Source of the DNA: Eledone cirrhosa
Lineage: Eukaryota
DNA: 64,000 nt
Assembly: GCA_964016885.1 (NCBI GenBank)
Contig: OZ024746.1
Coordinates: 73,780,001 to 73,844,000, forward strand
Direction: 5' to 3'
Every line of letters starts with the position of its first letter. Position 1 is the stretch's first letter. The position numbers were made by a program, and so were the translations under genes. The notes beneath the pieces were generated by a model that saw only the letters and a program-made list of their open reading frames with translations, was not told the DNA's origin and did not search any database. This document shows, piece after piece, positions 41,168 through 59,769 of this stretch.

Positions 41168-43177
41168 ATTGAGCTGAAGGGCGATGACGTAGGCACGTCT
41201 GTTGATAGCAGTGCGTCTGGGCGGACTGTTGCTGACAAAGGCCAGTTGCTAAATTATGGATCTACGTTTGAGTGTTTTAGATGACATAAGTATAGCAGCA
41301 TAATATATCAGATTAAATATTAAAAAATTAAACAAAACATGATGCAAGTTGGTTTTAAATAGAACGTGTTTGATTATAAGCCTGCTAGATGATTGCTGAT
41401 CTAGGGCTAAACAATAATAATTTTCAGCAGCATTTATCCTAGTAACACCAGCAGAAACAGGGTCACCACCCTGTTAAAAATAGTAGCTCATATTTCCTCA
41501 AATTACATAAGCCCAATGAAGGATATATTGGATAATGTACTTAGATACCTGTAACAAGACAGAAGGGTAATGAATGAAACCACCCCCGTCTTAAAAATGA
41601 GAAGGATATACATATTTATCTAGAGTAATGTAGTACAGGACACATTAAACCTTAAGCTAGTGCCCCCCCTCCTGGTTTATTATTTTCACTGCCGGTGCAC
41701 ATTAGAGTCGATACGCTGGAGAACGTTGTGTATTAAACAAACAATATATCAAATAGTATTTATATATATTTACTTTAATTATATTTTTATGTATACACAA
41801 AGTGGTGGTAAGAAACTCTCAGGGGATCTGGGCAGCAGTAGGCTTTCAGATAAGAATCTCCACCCTCCCTTCCAAGGAAGTGTTTCGGCTCTAAACTTCG
41901 TTTTATACGCAAAATAAATTACAGTGTATCATGCAATGTTTTCAAGATTTCGATTGTCAAAATGGCGAATATGCTACTCCGAACGATGGCAAAGGTGATT
42001 CGTTGAAAAAGTCAGTCCAGGTCTCGTTCTTTCAGATGGCCATCTCTTTCTTAACTGAAATGAGTAGAGTGGTAGTTGAGGGGCCGATTTCACCGGTTTA
42101 ACGGTGCGTAAGACATTGCTGCTGGTTGTTTACCGCACCGAAACGGAAAGATTGTAATGTTGTTTGGTTTTATTTCATCCCTTCGGTTTTAACTCAATGG
42201 TTCTAGCTTCGTCTAAACCTCGTTTAACGTCATCGGGGAGACGGCTGGCGTTGAGACGGCATGACGCTACATGTAGCTGAAAAATATCTACTCTGGATCA
42301 CGATAGTATTCTAATTGCTCCCACAATAGGAGACCAAGTCTATGTAAAACGCCAGTTAATTCGGAGACCGCCATGCGAGGTCAAATGTTCTGTTACTGGG
42401 AGGTTGAGAGGCGAAGTGGAAATATGCTAGTGATGGTCAACCATTTGAATCAAATTAATGGGATGTCAACAGCAGGAAAGCTGAGTCGGATCCAAGTCAC
42501 ATTGATATTCTCATGGGTAACCTTTGTGATACTGTTGAGAACTTCGTTGATACGGGCAGGGTCAGACACCTGTAAGGACAGAAATACCGCCAATAGTAAT
42601 GTAAAGGAGGAGCGGAGATAATAAATACTTTAAAGAAGAGGAAATGAAATACTTTCTACTTTATTCATTAAATGAATCTTAATTATCAAGACTATATTTA
42701 GAATTTCAGTAATTATTGTCCAATTTTATCAAATATATTATTAAAATTGAAGTGACCTTCGATAATATGCCTTGCTATATCTAATTACGGCTCTTTACTT
42801 TCTAAGTACAAACACCATCGTGGTCGACTTTGCCTTTTATTCTTTTTGGATCGATAATATAAGTACCAATCAAATACCGTGATCGATATAATAATATATA
42901 TTCCTTCCCCACCAAATTCCTGGCATTGTGTATGTGTTAAAGTTCACCATTTCCTCTTTGCACCTAACTCCTTCAACATTTACACTGATATGCTGTATAG
43001 CAAAATTTGGAAAATTTGGCAAACAAACAGGATGGTCAGTGTTGGAACATCTTTGATCATAAATTTGCACAACCAGTGTTGAAACTGTGGTTCAGCAACA
43101 ACAATGAACACTATACGCAATACCATCACGTCCACAAGTAATACTAACAGTAGCGGTAACCCCACAACCTCACCTCT

Positions 43178-43722
<545 letters not shown>

Positions 43723-44039
43723 ATCAAGAGTAAAGAAAACGGTTCCCACGGTCAGTATTCTTTACTGACTATATCACTGTTTGTTGTCGGCCTTTAGTAA
43801 CTCTTTTTTCTCACAGCATCACTGAACGTCATTGTCAGTGGAGCGGCGGCTGCAACAACACATGTTCTCCCCTTTTCAACATACACACATACCATACACA
43901 TACACACACACACACTCACACACTATGTATGTATGTGTGTATGTATGTATGTATGTATGTATGTATGTATGTATGTGTGTTTATATATATATATATATAT
44001 ATATATATCACTGTATGTATGTATGTATGTTTGTATGTT

Positions 44040-44155
<116 letters not shown>

Positions 44156-44160
44156 CACAT

Positions 44161-44191
<31 letters not shown>

Positions 44192-44319
44192 CAAATATAT
44201 ATATATATATATTTGTATATATATATATGTGTGTGTGTGTGTATGTGTATATATATATATATATGTGTGTATATATATATATATATATCACTGTATGTAT
44301 GTATGTATGTTTGTATGTT

Positions 44320-44381
<62 letters not shown>

Positions 44382-44426
44382 AACATACAAACAAATATAC
44401 ATACATACATACGTACATACATATAT

Positions 44427-44496
<70 letters not shown>

Positions 44497-44540
44497 ATAT
44501 ATATATATCTATATATATATACATACATGCTTACATATAT

Positions 44541-44578
<38 letters not shown>

Positions 44579-44775
44579 ATGCATGCATGCGTGTATGTGT
44601 GTATGTATGCATATATGTATGCATGTATGTATGTATGTACAGTGAGGCGCACGCAAACCTCTATCTATACACACGCGCACACACACCTCCATTACAGACG
44701 TTTCGCTGTCACTAGCTTTATCAGACAACTGTTAGTTTAATCATTTCACCCCGGAAATGTATGTATGTATGTATG

Positions 44776-44809
<34 letters not shown>

Positions 44810-44963
44810 TGTATGTATGTCTGTATGTATGTATGAATGTATGTATTTAAATTTTTCTGGATATATATATATATACATATTAAACACACACACACACATA
44901 AATGTGCATGGTGTGTGCATAAAAGCTTACAGGCATTCGTCCATCTATATATGCATATGTGTG

Positions 44964-45000
<37 letters not shown>

Positions 45001-45857
45001 TTGTATATATATACATATATATATATATATATACATACATGCTTGTATAAATATATATATATATATATATATAAAATATATATATATATAATATATATAT
45101 AAATATATGTATATATATGTATGTGTCTATATATATATATATATATATGTGTATATATGTATGTCTATATATATATATATATGTTTATATATTTATATAT
45201 ATATATATATATTTTTATATACATACATATAAATAAATACACACACACATATATATATATATATACACTCACGTACACACATACATCCATAGCATCAATG
45301 TGTTATTATCATATCTATTATGCGTTTATACCATTAGTTAGTTATCTTTCTCGGCTCGGGTGTACAAAGACATATATGTTTAAATCTTTTCACATATGCA
45401 CGTACATAGTAGAATAGACACATACTGACACTCACATGCATATAAGCATACTCCACACACAAAAACACATTTCCTTTACTCATGATGCATGGGTGCATAA
45501 ATATGTATGTACAGATAGTAATGCATACATGTATTGTATGTTTATATGTACATGTATGTGTATATAAATTTAAAGATTAAACAAAAAGCTCACACACATT
45601 GAGCTGATTGTATAATTTCGTACGTATATGCGTACATAAATGCACCTTATCTGATTTATTCTATATACACATATTCGTATAGAAACTTAAACATATTTGT
45701 TGATATCCATGATTATAAAGATACATGAATTAATTTAGCGCTACACATACAGATGGAGCAATATATATTCAGGAAGGACACATACGCATATAGACATAAA
45801 TGTATACATATGTACTTTTACACGCAATCACACATATATACATACATATATATATAT

Positions 45858-47724
<1,867 letters not shown>

Positions 47725-47725
<1 letters not shown>

Positions 47726-48128
47726 TGACCCCTTAGCCTTTGTCAAGGCAGAATTCTAGGAGAAGGAAAACTCTGATATAACACCTGTAACCCTGATGGT
47801 ATCCAATGATGTTGACTTGTTCTTCTTTTTGGTAAATATCATCTTGGTCAAGAGAGTGGGACTGGCTTTGTGCAGTGCCTTTGCTCACTATAAAAGCTTC
47901 ACGGCACAGGCATTGCTTTATATCTGGACGTCTCTCTGCACTTGTCGTCACATGGTACCATGGGCCCAGCACTATGTGTCAATCATTGGTACCAGTGTAG
48001 TGTTTGTACCAGAGTTTTCAAGTCGCTGGCGGGACTAAAAAGTCACACTCGTTCAGCGCATCGGTAGGGGTTCTCCTACATGGATATAAAGTAGTGGCCG
48101 TACTCGAAAACGAGTTGGCAGCCACCAT
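47725..48128 (+). mobile_element. Bipartite non-autonomous RTE-type element
   Basis: 5' CTAGGAGAAGGAAAACTCTGAT (RTE-like 5' region); 47984-48067 encodes HWYQCSVCTRVFKSLAGLKSHTRSAHR* (terminal C2H2 finger); 3' CTCG-AAAA-CGAG stem-loop. Confidence 0.65.
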
Positions 48129-48165
48129 ATGTATGTATACATAGTAAATATATATATATGTGTAT

Positions 48166-48316
48166 ATAGGAAAAGAGTCAGGACCCCGACGGTTGAGCTC
48201 CGGCCGTTTCGACAGCTAGTTCTGAACGTTCAGACATAGCTGTCGAAACGGCCGGAGTATCTAGTACTTTGGTGCGTTATGGTCCACCTGGTTACTTACC
48301 ACACTTCCTTCGTTAT
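48166..48316 (+). mobile_element. Short fold-back element (copy 3, diverged, internally deleted)
   Basis: CCGGCCGTTTCGACAGCTA...TAGCTGTCGAAACGGCCGG plus the same AGTACTTTGGTGCGTTATGGTCCACCTGG tail. Confidence 0.8.
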
Positions 48317-49471
48317 ATATACATATATGAGATGCGTGGCTTTGTGATTAGAATGTTGGGCTTACAATCGTGAGGTTATGAATTAGTTGTAACTGACATC
48401 CTAAAGTAACATATTTGACATTGTTTTCTCCAACAGCAGAGGAACAATATAGAATTAATCTTGTATCCTTAACACTATTTTCCCATAAGAGTAGAGAAAT
48501 AGTCTTTTAGTTTTATGATTAATGAAAACTAGGATATTCTGACTGTATCAAACTCCATTTCGGATTTGAGATTAATAATGATTTACTGATTTCTAATTTA
48601 ACCACAAAACCCAATAATTGTGGGAAAGCAAAATGTTGATTACATCGATCTCAATACTTTATCGATACTTAATTTTATCGATAACAGAAGGATGTAAAGC
48701 GGGATTTGACCTAAGAACGTAAACAGCAGGAAGAAACACAGCATGGTATTTCGTCCAACGCTCTAATAATTCTGCCAATACATCTCTGCTCCCTGCAACA
48801 GATAATAAAACGCTAATGCTCTCACTGCAAAACATTGACAAACATTTTATAATTCGGAATGAATACAAGAGCAACAGCAATAGTAACAACAATAAATATG
48901 AAAATAGCAATGCAAATGTTTTCTCAGAAAATAGATTAGTATAACAATTAAAAAAAAAAAAAAAAAAAAAAAGCCTTAAGAAGCAAACAGAATTTCATTA
49001 TGAATCAAATGCGAAAATATGTTGCTTGTATTAAGTATTTTAGATAAAAACAAATCACCATTATATTTCTAGAGACAGTCAGCACACAGATAAGGCTGGA
49101 AAGAAGACGAGGAAAAAAGAATATTAAAGCTATAGTGTACTACTATTGAACTAAAAATTAAACCAATTCAGTGTCAAAATGGCACGTATACCATTTCCTG
49201 TCTTTGGGACACTTGTCATCTAGATTAAAGAAAGAATGAGGAATAGAAGATGCAGAGATATTCGACAAGACCACCGCTTCTCGCAGAAATCTAACGTATG
49301 TAATTCTAAAAGAACAAATTAATAATCTGTTTAGATGAAAACTTGGCTCCGAAATTAGATGACCTTCAAGCGTTCCACTAAAATTGTGCAAAGCCAGCTT
49401 TGCTGAAAATATAACATCAAAGCTATTTCAATGCAAGTAGACTTTCGATAATGCTGAAAGAAACGATAGTT

Positions 49472-49545
<74 letters not shown>

Positions 49546-49683
49546 AACTATATGTAGTTGCTTAATTTCATTGGCTCGTTTCATATACTTATCTATTAAG
49601 TTAAATACAACGATCCTTTTGGCATATAAGATATCCCATCCCAGTTTCTATAGCTCTCTATCTCCCCCCCTCTCTCTCTTTCT

Positions 49684-49729
<46 letters not shown>

Positions 49730-49892
49730 TACTCTTACTCAATGTTTGTATCTATCTCTCTAGCTTCGTCTTTTTCTATCTGTATCTCTCATTGTTACAT
49801 CGTCTCCCTATCTCAGAATTTCAGATTTCAAAAAAACTTTAGCATTTTGAAGTCTTTCTTTCTTTCTTACTTTCTCTCGTGTGGTTCGCTTT

Positions 49893-49986
<94 letters not shown>

Positions 49987-50357
49987 TTGTGTATATATAT
50001 ATATATATATATATACGTGTGCGTATATACATAGATCTTTGTTTCCATCTCGTTATCTCATTCTCGCCACCTCTCCCTATCAATCAATTTCTATATTTAT
50101 ACTTACATACATAAATACATACATCTCCCTACAAACAGACATATGTATATACAAAAAGTACACACACACAAACCAACATATATAATCATTTTATAGTGTA
50201 TGTATTTAAAAAGTAATAATTATTATTAAAAAGACCTTTTATCTCTTTTTGTGTATATATGTAAACATTGTATATTTAGATACTTATACATATGTTCTAT
50301 AAATACATATGTATACACACCGCTGTGTACGTGTATGTGTGCATGAAAGTTTGCATG

Positions 50358-50391
<34 letters not shown>

Positions 50392-51115
50392 TCGTACACA
50401 TATAGATATGTGTGTGTGTATGGATTTACGTATGTATGTATGTTTGTAATGATAACTAAATATATAATTCAATTTAAACAGTTAAATGTTTGTTTCCTTG
50501 TTAATCTAGCTCAGTCCAACTAACCGCATATCAAAGCAGATAATAACAAGCCAAACACGAAAGAAGGAAGGAAAAATGGCCACCCGAGCGACACACAGAC
50601 ACATACATGCATTCATAAGTACAAGTATTGACACAATACATCACCGTCACTAACAGTATCATCATCTCAAGCATCAGATATATTACCAACGTCAGAACTA
50701 CTTGTTAACTATGTTACTGAGTTTACTTTTGCTGCCCTATTACACACATCCACACACATCCACACACACACACACACACATACATATCCACTCAAACACA
50801 CATGCAAACAGACTCAGCCACTTATACACACGCACACATACACAGCCACTTACACACAAACAAATATGCACCCACACATATAAGCACACACAAACACTAA
50901 TACACATGTTATACACAAATACAGAACTCCCACTCCACATGCAAACAAACTCACTCTCACACAAATACATTATTCAAAGACTTAGTATTATAAAATTGCG
51001 TATATACATGCACATATGCATGCATACATACATACAGGTATAAATATATACACACACTAATCACCCCGTTTATAGGATTAATGTTTAATTCATATATCTA
51101 CAGACTGTGGTCTCC

Positions 51116-51193
<78 letters not shown>

Positions 51194-51195
51194 AC

Positions 51196-51560
51196 CATTT
51201 TGGAAGAAGAATCAGGATGGAGAGAGAGAGGTGCTGTACCCCAGCAAGTTTTATGAAAGGTGGGTGAAAGTGGCGAGAATGGCCCGAGTGAATGGGCCTT
51301 CTCTCTATATTAGCCTGTAGGTTGAGGAAAAGGAGGAGGGGAGGAAAGGAGTACAAACTCTTCGTACTCCTGGAGATGAGGGTTGCACATTTTTTCGGGG
51401 GTATGTGTTACCCATATGAACTGTCTCCCCCTATTGGGGAAAATCGACTAATTTTTTAAATTGCATTTGTGATAATATTTTACACGTTTTTATTGTATGT
51501 AAACTTCCCTCTTTGTATTTGTCCCCTTCTTTTGTGCCCCTGTGGCTAATAAAGAAACAT
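51196..51560 (+). mobile_element. 5'-truncated Tx1 3' end inserted in (TATC)n
   Basis: Matches 35612-35968 and 12986-13350; TATC repeats on both sides. Confidence 0.9.
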
Positions 51561-51576
51561 ATCTATCTACTTATCT

Positions 51577-51669
<93 letters not shown>

Positions 51670-51880
51670 GTGCGCATGCTCGCGTGTGTGTGTGTGCAGG
51701 AGAACCAATGGTAACCCACGAGCAAGATGTTTGAATAACACATCTAACCTCGGTAGGTATCGTTTGAGGATCCAGTTAGATCATTTGGTGACGGTTACTT
51801 CCGATAAGATCAGAAAGAATAAAAGTCACAGTGGAAAACAAATAGTCATTGAGGAAGTCGCAGAATGTGTGACGAAATAA

Positions 51881-52084
51881 TAACTAATAATAAAACTGAA
51901 GTAAATAATAACTGAAGTAAATAATAACTAATAATAAAATAACTAATAATAAAACTGAAGTAAATAATAACTGAAGTAAATAATAACTAATAATAAAATA
52001 ACTAATAATAAAACTGAAGTAAATAATAACTGAAGTAAATAATAACTAATAATAAAATAACTAATAATAAAACTGAAGTAAATA
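51881..52084. repeat. 59-bp AT-rich tandem repeat (~3.4 units)
   Basis: TAACTAATAATAAAACTGAAG recurs at 51881, 51940, 51999 and 52058. Confidence 0.85.
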
Positions 52085-54036
52085 GTACCTGTAAATCAAA
52101 ATACTGAATAAAGAACAAAGTATGCTTGAAAATAAGTGGCTTAGTGGATAAGGACCCTTCTGTCTTTAATTCAGAAATAAAAAAGGGCCTTCGAATCCAG
52201 TTTGGGTGTATATACCTAAGACACTTAAGGACAATGTTAATCAGCTTTATCGGAACATATTGTGGATATATTCGTTTAAGTTGAGGCATAAATTATATAC
52301 GATATAAAATTTAGGATATCGTATTTATTATCAAGCGGTTACGGTAGAAATGTTATCTCTTCTATGATGGAATGAGGCCACAGGAGAGCAGGACCGAACA
52401 GAACAAAACCCTCGTCAAATTTACACTGTTTCTACTGTTTTGTGCTGTAAGTCAAACGTTCTTATAGTTACGTAGAGTATGGCGGGAGTTAATATAAAAG
52501 GATCTGTCAGTAACGGAATACGAACAGTCGACCTGTTAGCTTGTTGTTTGATACCACATCGGTTCTACTAAACTACTTCTTGAGAATGTTCTAATCTGTA
52601 GACAATACGCCAGTTATTAAAGAGATGAAAATAAAGAATACAAAACATCAGCCGTAATATCTGCACACAAATGATTCTGATATTGACCATAGCTTTTGAA
52701 GAAGAATTTCGTTGTCACTTTTATCAAAAGAATGATACACATCTTGATAGTGAATTATGTGTGAATGGATGTGGAAAGGGTTAACAAACATTGCCATTAT
52801 CATTCTCCAATCAGTTGGATATTTGAAGAGATATTGGTGAAAAATCAAGCAACAATAATTTATTCTGGTAATGATCGAAAATTTCTTTAGTTAAAATTTC
52901 ATAATATTGATATTTCTTTCTCGCCATTTTAATGAATTGACTAACATGAAAACCACAAATAAACAAAAACTCTCTTTCAAATCGATTTAAGCGCAAACAT
53001 GTTTTTCCTTCGTTCATTTAATAAGGAATGTACAGTCACGTGGTAGAACTACGGGCAATACATTTTCTGTATAGTATTATTTTGATTGAAAACTCGTTAG
53101 AACATCGAAGAAATGTTTAATGTTTAGCAGTATTTATTCCGGGTCTTTACGACCTGAGTTCAAAACCAACTGAAGTCAACTTTGTCCTTCATCCTCTGAG
53201 GTCGATACAATAAAGTGCCAGATGTTTATTGTGGTGATAATGACGGATTCTCTATCCATTTTGCCGGTGAGCATTCAGTTTAACTAATGAACTAACGTAA
53301 TTCCCAAGTCGAATTAACGTATCAAGACATGTGAAAAGGTTGTCTGTTTGAAATATAGTGGTATTCCCCGTAATATGGTAGTATTACTGACTAATATCTT
53401 TCTATGTAATTTTGTTTCGTCTTCTATATCGTAATGTACTGTAATAGTTCCTTGTTGTAAATGCGAAATCAACTAACGAGAAAGTCAGGAATTTTTATGG
53501 TCAATATAAAAGTTTAAATCTTGAAGTATACAGCTTATATGATTACTTCGAAATTTGTATATGACATTGATTGCCTAAAGTATATTCTTTGGCTTCCAAA
53601 GTTTGTGGATTTATGTTTCAAAACATTTTAAATTCTGGTTGGTGTTTTTGTAATATATTCGTATTATTTGTTTTTAGTTTGATGTGATGTATGCGTTCTG
53701 TTTCCTTTTTATTTTTGAAGGACATTTCCATCATTTTATACCTAGGCAGCGCATTTGATTCGTGTATATAAAATGTGAGGCTTGCGTATTTTCTGTTGGA
53801 TGTTGATTATATTGTATCAATGGAGATAAACCTGTTCTTCTATTTTATATAGCTGTATGGATAGACAGAGGTAAACACCTTGTCTTTACATAAACTAACT
53901 TCGTGGGATGGAGTAACTTTATATGTCAGATTGGATGCGGTAAAAACCAGTTAGACCATTACTCACCAGAGTACTCGATACTTGGGGTAGTAGAGTGAGT
54001 AACATGAAAAGATTCAGGACCTGAATTTTTCCATAC

Positions 54037-54260
<224 letters not shown>

Positions 54261-54273
54261 CATATACATATAC

Positions 54274-54343
<70 letters not shown>

Positions 54344-54460
54344 ATATATATATGGTGTCGATGTGGAGCGGTTATGTGTGTGCGAGTGCAAAAATATGTG
54401 TGGGTATTGGCACACATAAATATGCACACAAGTATTGATCTAATCCCTGTCTACACACAC

Positions 54461-54521
<61 letters not shown>

Positions 54522-54779
54522 AATACACGCACACATACATCCCTACACTTCCTCACGCAAACACACATTCTCTCTCACAAACATATACACATCATCTTTT
54601 TCTAGTATCCTCACTATATTTTTCCTTCTCTTCGTTTAGATATTCTTTCTTCCATTATTATATAAATTTTCATTGCTTCATTGGTTCTTTTACAACTCTT
54701 TTCTACTTCCTCCTCCTTTTCTTAATACTCTCTTAACCCCCCCCTCACAACTCCTCTTACACGTTGAACACTCTTTCCG

Positions 54780-54786
54780 ATTATTT

Positions 54787-54821
<35 letters not shown>

Positions 54822-55262
54822 GCTGTTCTATCTTTTATCTATCTTCTTCACATACAATTCAGCGTCCTTATCTTCTGCTCACATCCACGACGATGACCGC
54901 CACCACCAAAACCCCACACTACCCTGGCTTCCGCCACTATCATCACCATAACTAACAACATCAAATCCACCACCACCACCACCACCACCACCACCACCAC
55001 CACCACCACCACCATCCTCAACAACAACTACACCTCTACCGTCACCACCGTCACCACCAATACTCCACACTATCATCACCATAACTAACAACATCAAATC
55101 CACCACCACCACCACCACCACCCTCATCAACAACAACAACAACAACAAGAACAACAACAATTACACCTCCCACTACCACCACCACCATCACCACCACCAC
55201 CGTCACCACCGTCACCGCCAATACTCCACACTATCTTCACCACCACCACCACCACCCTCATC

Positions 55263-55310
<48 letters not shown>

Positions 55311-56587
55311 TACACCTCCCACCACCACCACCACCACCACCACCACCACGATCGCCATTATCCCATGAACTACAGAATTACAATCACCATCATCGCACTA
55401 ACCGTCATCATCATCACGACGATCATCACCATCATTTTCATGACCATAAAATCCACCTCCAATACAACTACCATCGCTATCACTAAATCCACAATCATTA
55501 CCATCGTATTATTACTATGACGACGACCACCACCCCCACCATCACCACCACAACCACCACCACCACCGCCACCACCACCACCACCACAACAACAACAACA
55601 ACCACCACCACCACCATCATCACTTCCACGACCATCGCCACCACCACTACAGCTACCATCACCACCACCACCACTACCACCGATACCACCACCACCATCA
55701 CAACAACAACAACAACAACCACAACCACAACCACCACCACCACCATCATCACTTCCACGACCATCGCCACCACCACCACCAATACCACGACCAACACCAC
55801 TACCACCGCTACTACCACCACCACCACCACCACAACAACAACAACAACAACCACCACCATCATCACTTCCACGACCATCGCCACCACCACTACAGCTACC
55901 ATCACCACCACCACCACCACCACCACCACCACCAACACCACTACCACCGCTACCACCACCATCACAACAACAACAACAACAACCACCACCACCACCACCA
56001 CCACCACCACCACCACGACCAACACCACTACCACCGCTACTACCACCACCACCACCACAACAACAACAACAACAACAACCACCACCACCACCACCACCAT
56101 CACCACCACCACCACCACCACCACCACCACTACCACCACCACCACCACCACCACCACCACCACCACCACCACCACTACCACCGCTACCACCACAAGCGCT
56201 ATCACTTCCCAAAATCATTATCGCCACATCTCTTTGATGTAGAAAGGTGACGGCGTTAGTGAGTGTTATGGTAGAGGTACAACCACATTTTTCCATTTTT
56301 GGTGGAGTTCATCCTTCGTTTTCAGTCAAGCTCTAGCATTGCTCTCCATCCCACCTCTTCCCCAACTGCATTAAAAAAGATTAAGATTAAAAATTCATAT
56401 TCTTTATTATCTTTTCTGGAACATTCTTCTTTCTTCTTCTTATATCTGATAACAATTTCACCTCTTTCTCTTGAGATTGGCTTGTTTAATCGACAACAGC
56501 TCTTTTGGATCTGTAAAAGGAAAATGGCGGAAAAAAGGATTTGATCGTACCCGTTTCTTATTGGCGATAGTGATAGTGATGGTCATA

Positions 56588-56643
<56 letters not shown>

Positions 56644-56663
56644 ATTGATGTCTCCTCCTCTTT

Positions 56664-56722
<59 letters not shown>

Positions 56723-56740
56723 TATCCTCATCCTCATCAC
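54780..56740. repeat. Compound trinucleotide region (CAC/CAA/GAT/CAT) with internal duplications
   Basis: Seen directly; CATCACTTCCACGACCATCGCCACC recurs three times. Confidence 0.9.
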
Positions 56741-57534
56741 TATCCCCATCTACCCCCTTCATTATTATCATCGAAATACACACCCTCTACCCGTTTCCTT
56801 CCACTGGTGTAGAGATGCTGATAAACTATGAGGTGTCTGTGCTGGTGGTGAGATATATTTATGTTATGGCTTTATGATTATTATTCCTTTTCATCGATAG
56901 ATTACCATCTTCATATGCCTATATTTGTGTATGAGTGTAACGGTGTTTGTATGTACGTATGTGTATATGTGTAGTTTTGTTCAGGTAAGAATATATCTAT
57001 ATTCTTATAATATATGTAGATACATATGCACGCATGTATGTATGTATGTATGTATGTATGTATGTATGTATGTATGTATGTATGTATGTATGTATGTATG
57101 TATGTATGTATGTATGTTTATAGATATACAGATATCATTTTGATCATTATAACAGGATATCATTGCTGAATATTCCTCTCCGGAAGTTGTACTGTGTTAC
57201 GTGTTACACTCTATCTCTTCTAACACATTGTATTGTCTATACACTCAACAAATATCCTCCCAAGCTCACAGGGAAACAATATTGGGCAGGAAAGAAAAAA
57301 TCCAACTGCACCCACAGCAACTTTAATAACAACATCAATAAAAACAAGAGCAACAACTACAAGTACGAGAAACACAATAAATTAAAATGTCAACAACAAT
57401 AATAACAATATCCATCGCATCAACTAAAGCAATGATATTCATAATGATAATTATAATAATTGTTTCTTTTGGCACAAGGACAGCAATTACCCAGTGCATT
57501 ACTGGTACTTAATGATGATTATAATAAAGGTAAT

Positions 57535-58145
57535 AACAATAGATCAAACTTTCATCCACCAGTGACTGCGGAGTTCTGGGCTAAAGGCAGAGAGTGAAGG
57601 CTAGATTTCAGCCTCACAAGACCAGTGTCTTTCAACACGCAACTTACAAGCCAATATGATCAGAAATGAAATTGACCCAAAGTGTCGATTCTATGATGAG
57701 CAAGTCGGGCCCATTGGCCACATGGTTTATATTCCCAGGAATATAAAACGAGAATGATAGAGTAGGACAATATTTACACTGGGTAATGTGCAGGTTTTAT
57801 GGTCTGAAAACGGAGGGAAAATAGTACAACCATTACCAGATGCTGTAACAAAAGGCGAGAACGTGTCAATCCTATGGGAGTTTCCTGTGAACACTGAGCA
57901 ATCCATTAACACATCGAAAGATTTCGGAAAGCTCAGTAAGTATGAATATCTATCAAACTGAAATTGAGAAAATATGGCATATTAAGGTCTGTACAATACC
58001 AGTGATAGTCGGGGCACTTGGGATGATAAAAAACGGGAACTGAAAAATATTTGGAGCTGTTGCAGAAAGCCATCTCTACAAGAGATACCAAAATAGTGCT
58101 GATTGGCACTGTTTATGTTCTGGGAAAGGCATTATCAATTTAAAA
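57535..58145 (+). mobile_element. Decayed R4/Dong-clade-like retroposon 3' region
   Basis: LRSSGLKAESEG*ISASQDQ, DPKCRF, YLHWVMC, SILWEFPV, IPVIVGALGMI motifs across frameshifts. Confidence 0.75.
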
Positions 58146-58221
58146 ACCTTGCAAAGACATTTACAGTTGTTTGTGCTCTTGATTGTAAAATGTGTGTATT
58201 ATCAAATTTTGCCTCAGCTTG

Positions 58222-58985
58222 ACATGTAGTATATAGCATAAGATGTACGGGGGAGCAGTGTATATGTGACCGCCCTTACCATAGGAGAAAGGATAAATGA
58301 AGACTGGCGAGAACTTCAAGGTGGGAAAAATTCATCAGTACTCCACCAATATACCCGAATGGAACATGGAGGGACACTAGAGAACATAGAGATAAAAATC
58401 ATACCACACACAGAACCGACGCAATGTTCCGACGGATTACAGAAGCGACAAACATAAACGAACTCCAACCAAAACTGAACAGATAACATGAGTGGAATAG
58501 CAACAACATCACACCTAGTAGCAAAGGACAAGGTAAAGGCATACAGAGACACACAAGAACCAAACTAATAAAACAAACCAGAGACACAGAGATAGAACAA
58601 GCAAACAATTAGTGACAAATAAATAAACGTATGTATAAATAAATAACCACACACACACAGGGATATAACTTATGCACAGCCCAAGTACACAGTTCACAGC
58701 TCATAGCACACAAAAATAAGATGGTGTAGGACAGATCAAAGGAGAGACACAAAATAAGAAATTAGTGATTGAGGAGGTCACAGTATGTGTGACGAAAGAG
58801 CTTTGACAATAAACAAATAAACAACAATTCGGCTATTAAACTAACCAACTGGAAGTTTATAATAAATTGATGAGAAAACCAATAGGTGCGTGTGTTTTTA
58901 TTGGCAGTATGACCTTCCCAAATATAACAATATCTTTTTCAACACACGTTTTCAGATAAGAAATATTGCAAAACAAATACAAAGA
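58222..58985 (+). mobile_element. Older Penelope-like copy (GIY-YIG remnant, decayed hammerhead ~58763-58807)
   Basis: GTAGTATATAGCATAAGATGTAC, IGERINEDWRELQ..SSVLHQY; 3' tail homologous to 47520-47630. Confidence 0.85.
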
Positions 58986-59769
58986 ATAATACTAATATCT
59001 ATTAAACAATTGTTACAAAATAAATTTCCTACTCTCTAGAATCATTGTTTCAGGCTTCGTTCTTTTTCTCCATATGTATGTCTTTACAATCAATTATTTC
59101 CTTCCAAACACCCCACCTCTCCTAATCTACCACGTTCTTTACAATGTTTTTGTTATCTTTTAATGTCTAAATGTTTTAATGTCTAAATGTTTTATTTTTT
59201 TTATTTCTGTGTTTATTAATACTTAAACTTTAATGTTAATATTTAATATTAAATATATCATATATGCCGAACCATTGAATTGTGAATTAGTGGCAGCATC
59301 TTCCACAGGTAGTTGGCACATTTAGTGCAATCCTCTCTCAGAATCAGTGTGATACAATGATTGCGAAAGCTGGACGTTTGAATTACAAATACTGTCCACC
59401 AGGACAGATTTCTACAGTTTCCGTTTACCCAATGTACTCCCCCAAAATGTATACACACTTCTAATAAATATTGCCTGTATAGGTAATCAAAATGTGTATA
59501 TATTTTTTGGGACGGCCTGTATAGTTTACGCAAAAAAAGAAGCTAAAAGGTATCTCTGAGATACCCAAAACAATGAATTCTTATATTCCATAGTAGAAAT
59601 GGGAATAATTGCTATCAGATCTTGCGAACAATATAACACAAACGACTTACAAAAAACGACTATATACCATAGGTTGTATGGATATAATAGTCAATTAAAT
59701 CAACAGAAGTACTTCTCTGATAGTTAACTAGTTCATCGACATTGGAAGCATAAAGATTGTAACTGACAT

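Noticed and set aside
47984-48067. Host C2H2 zinc-finger exon
   Set aside because: A single finger without TGEKP linker, embedded between RTE-like termini.
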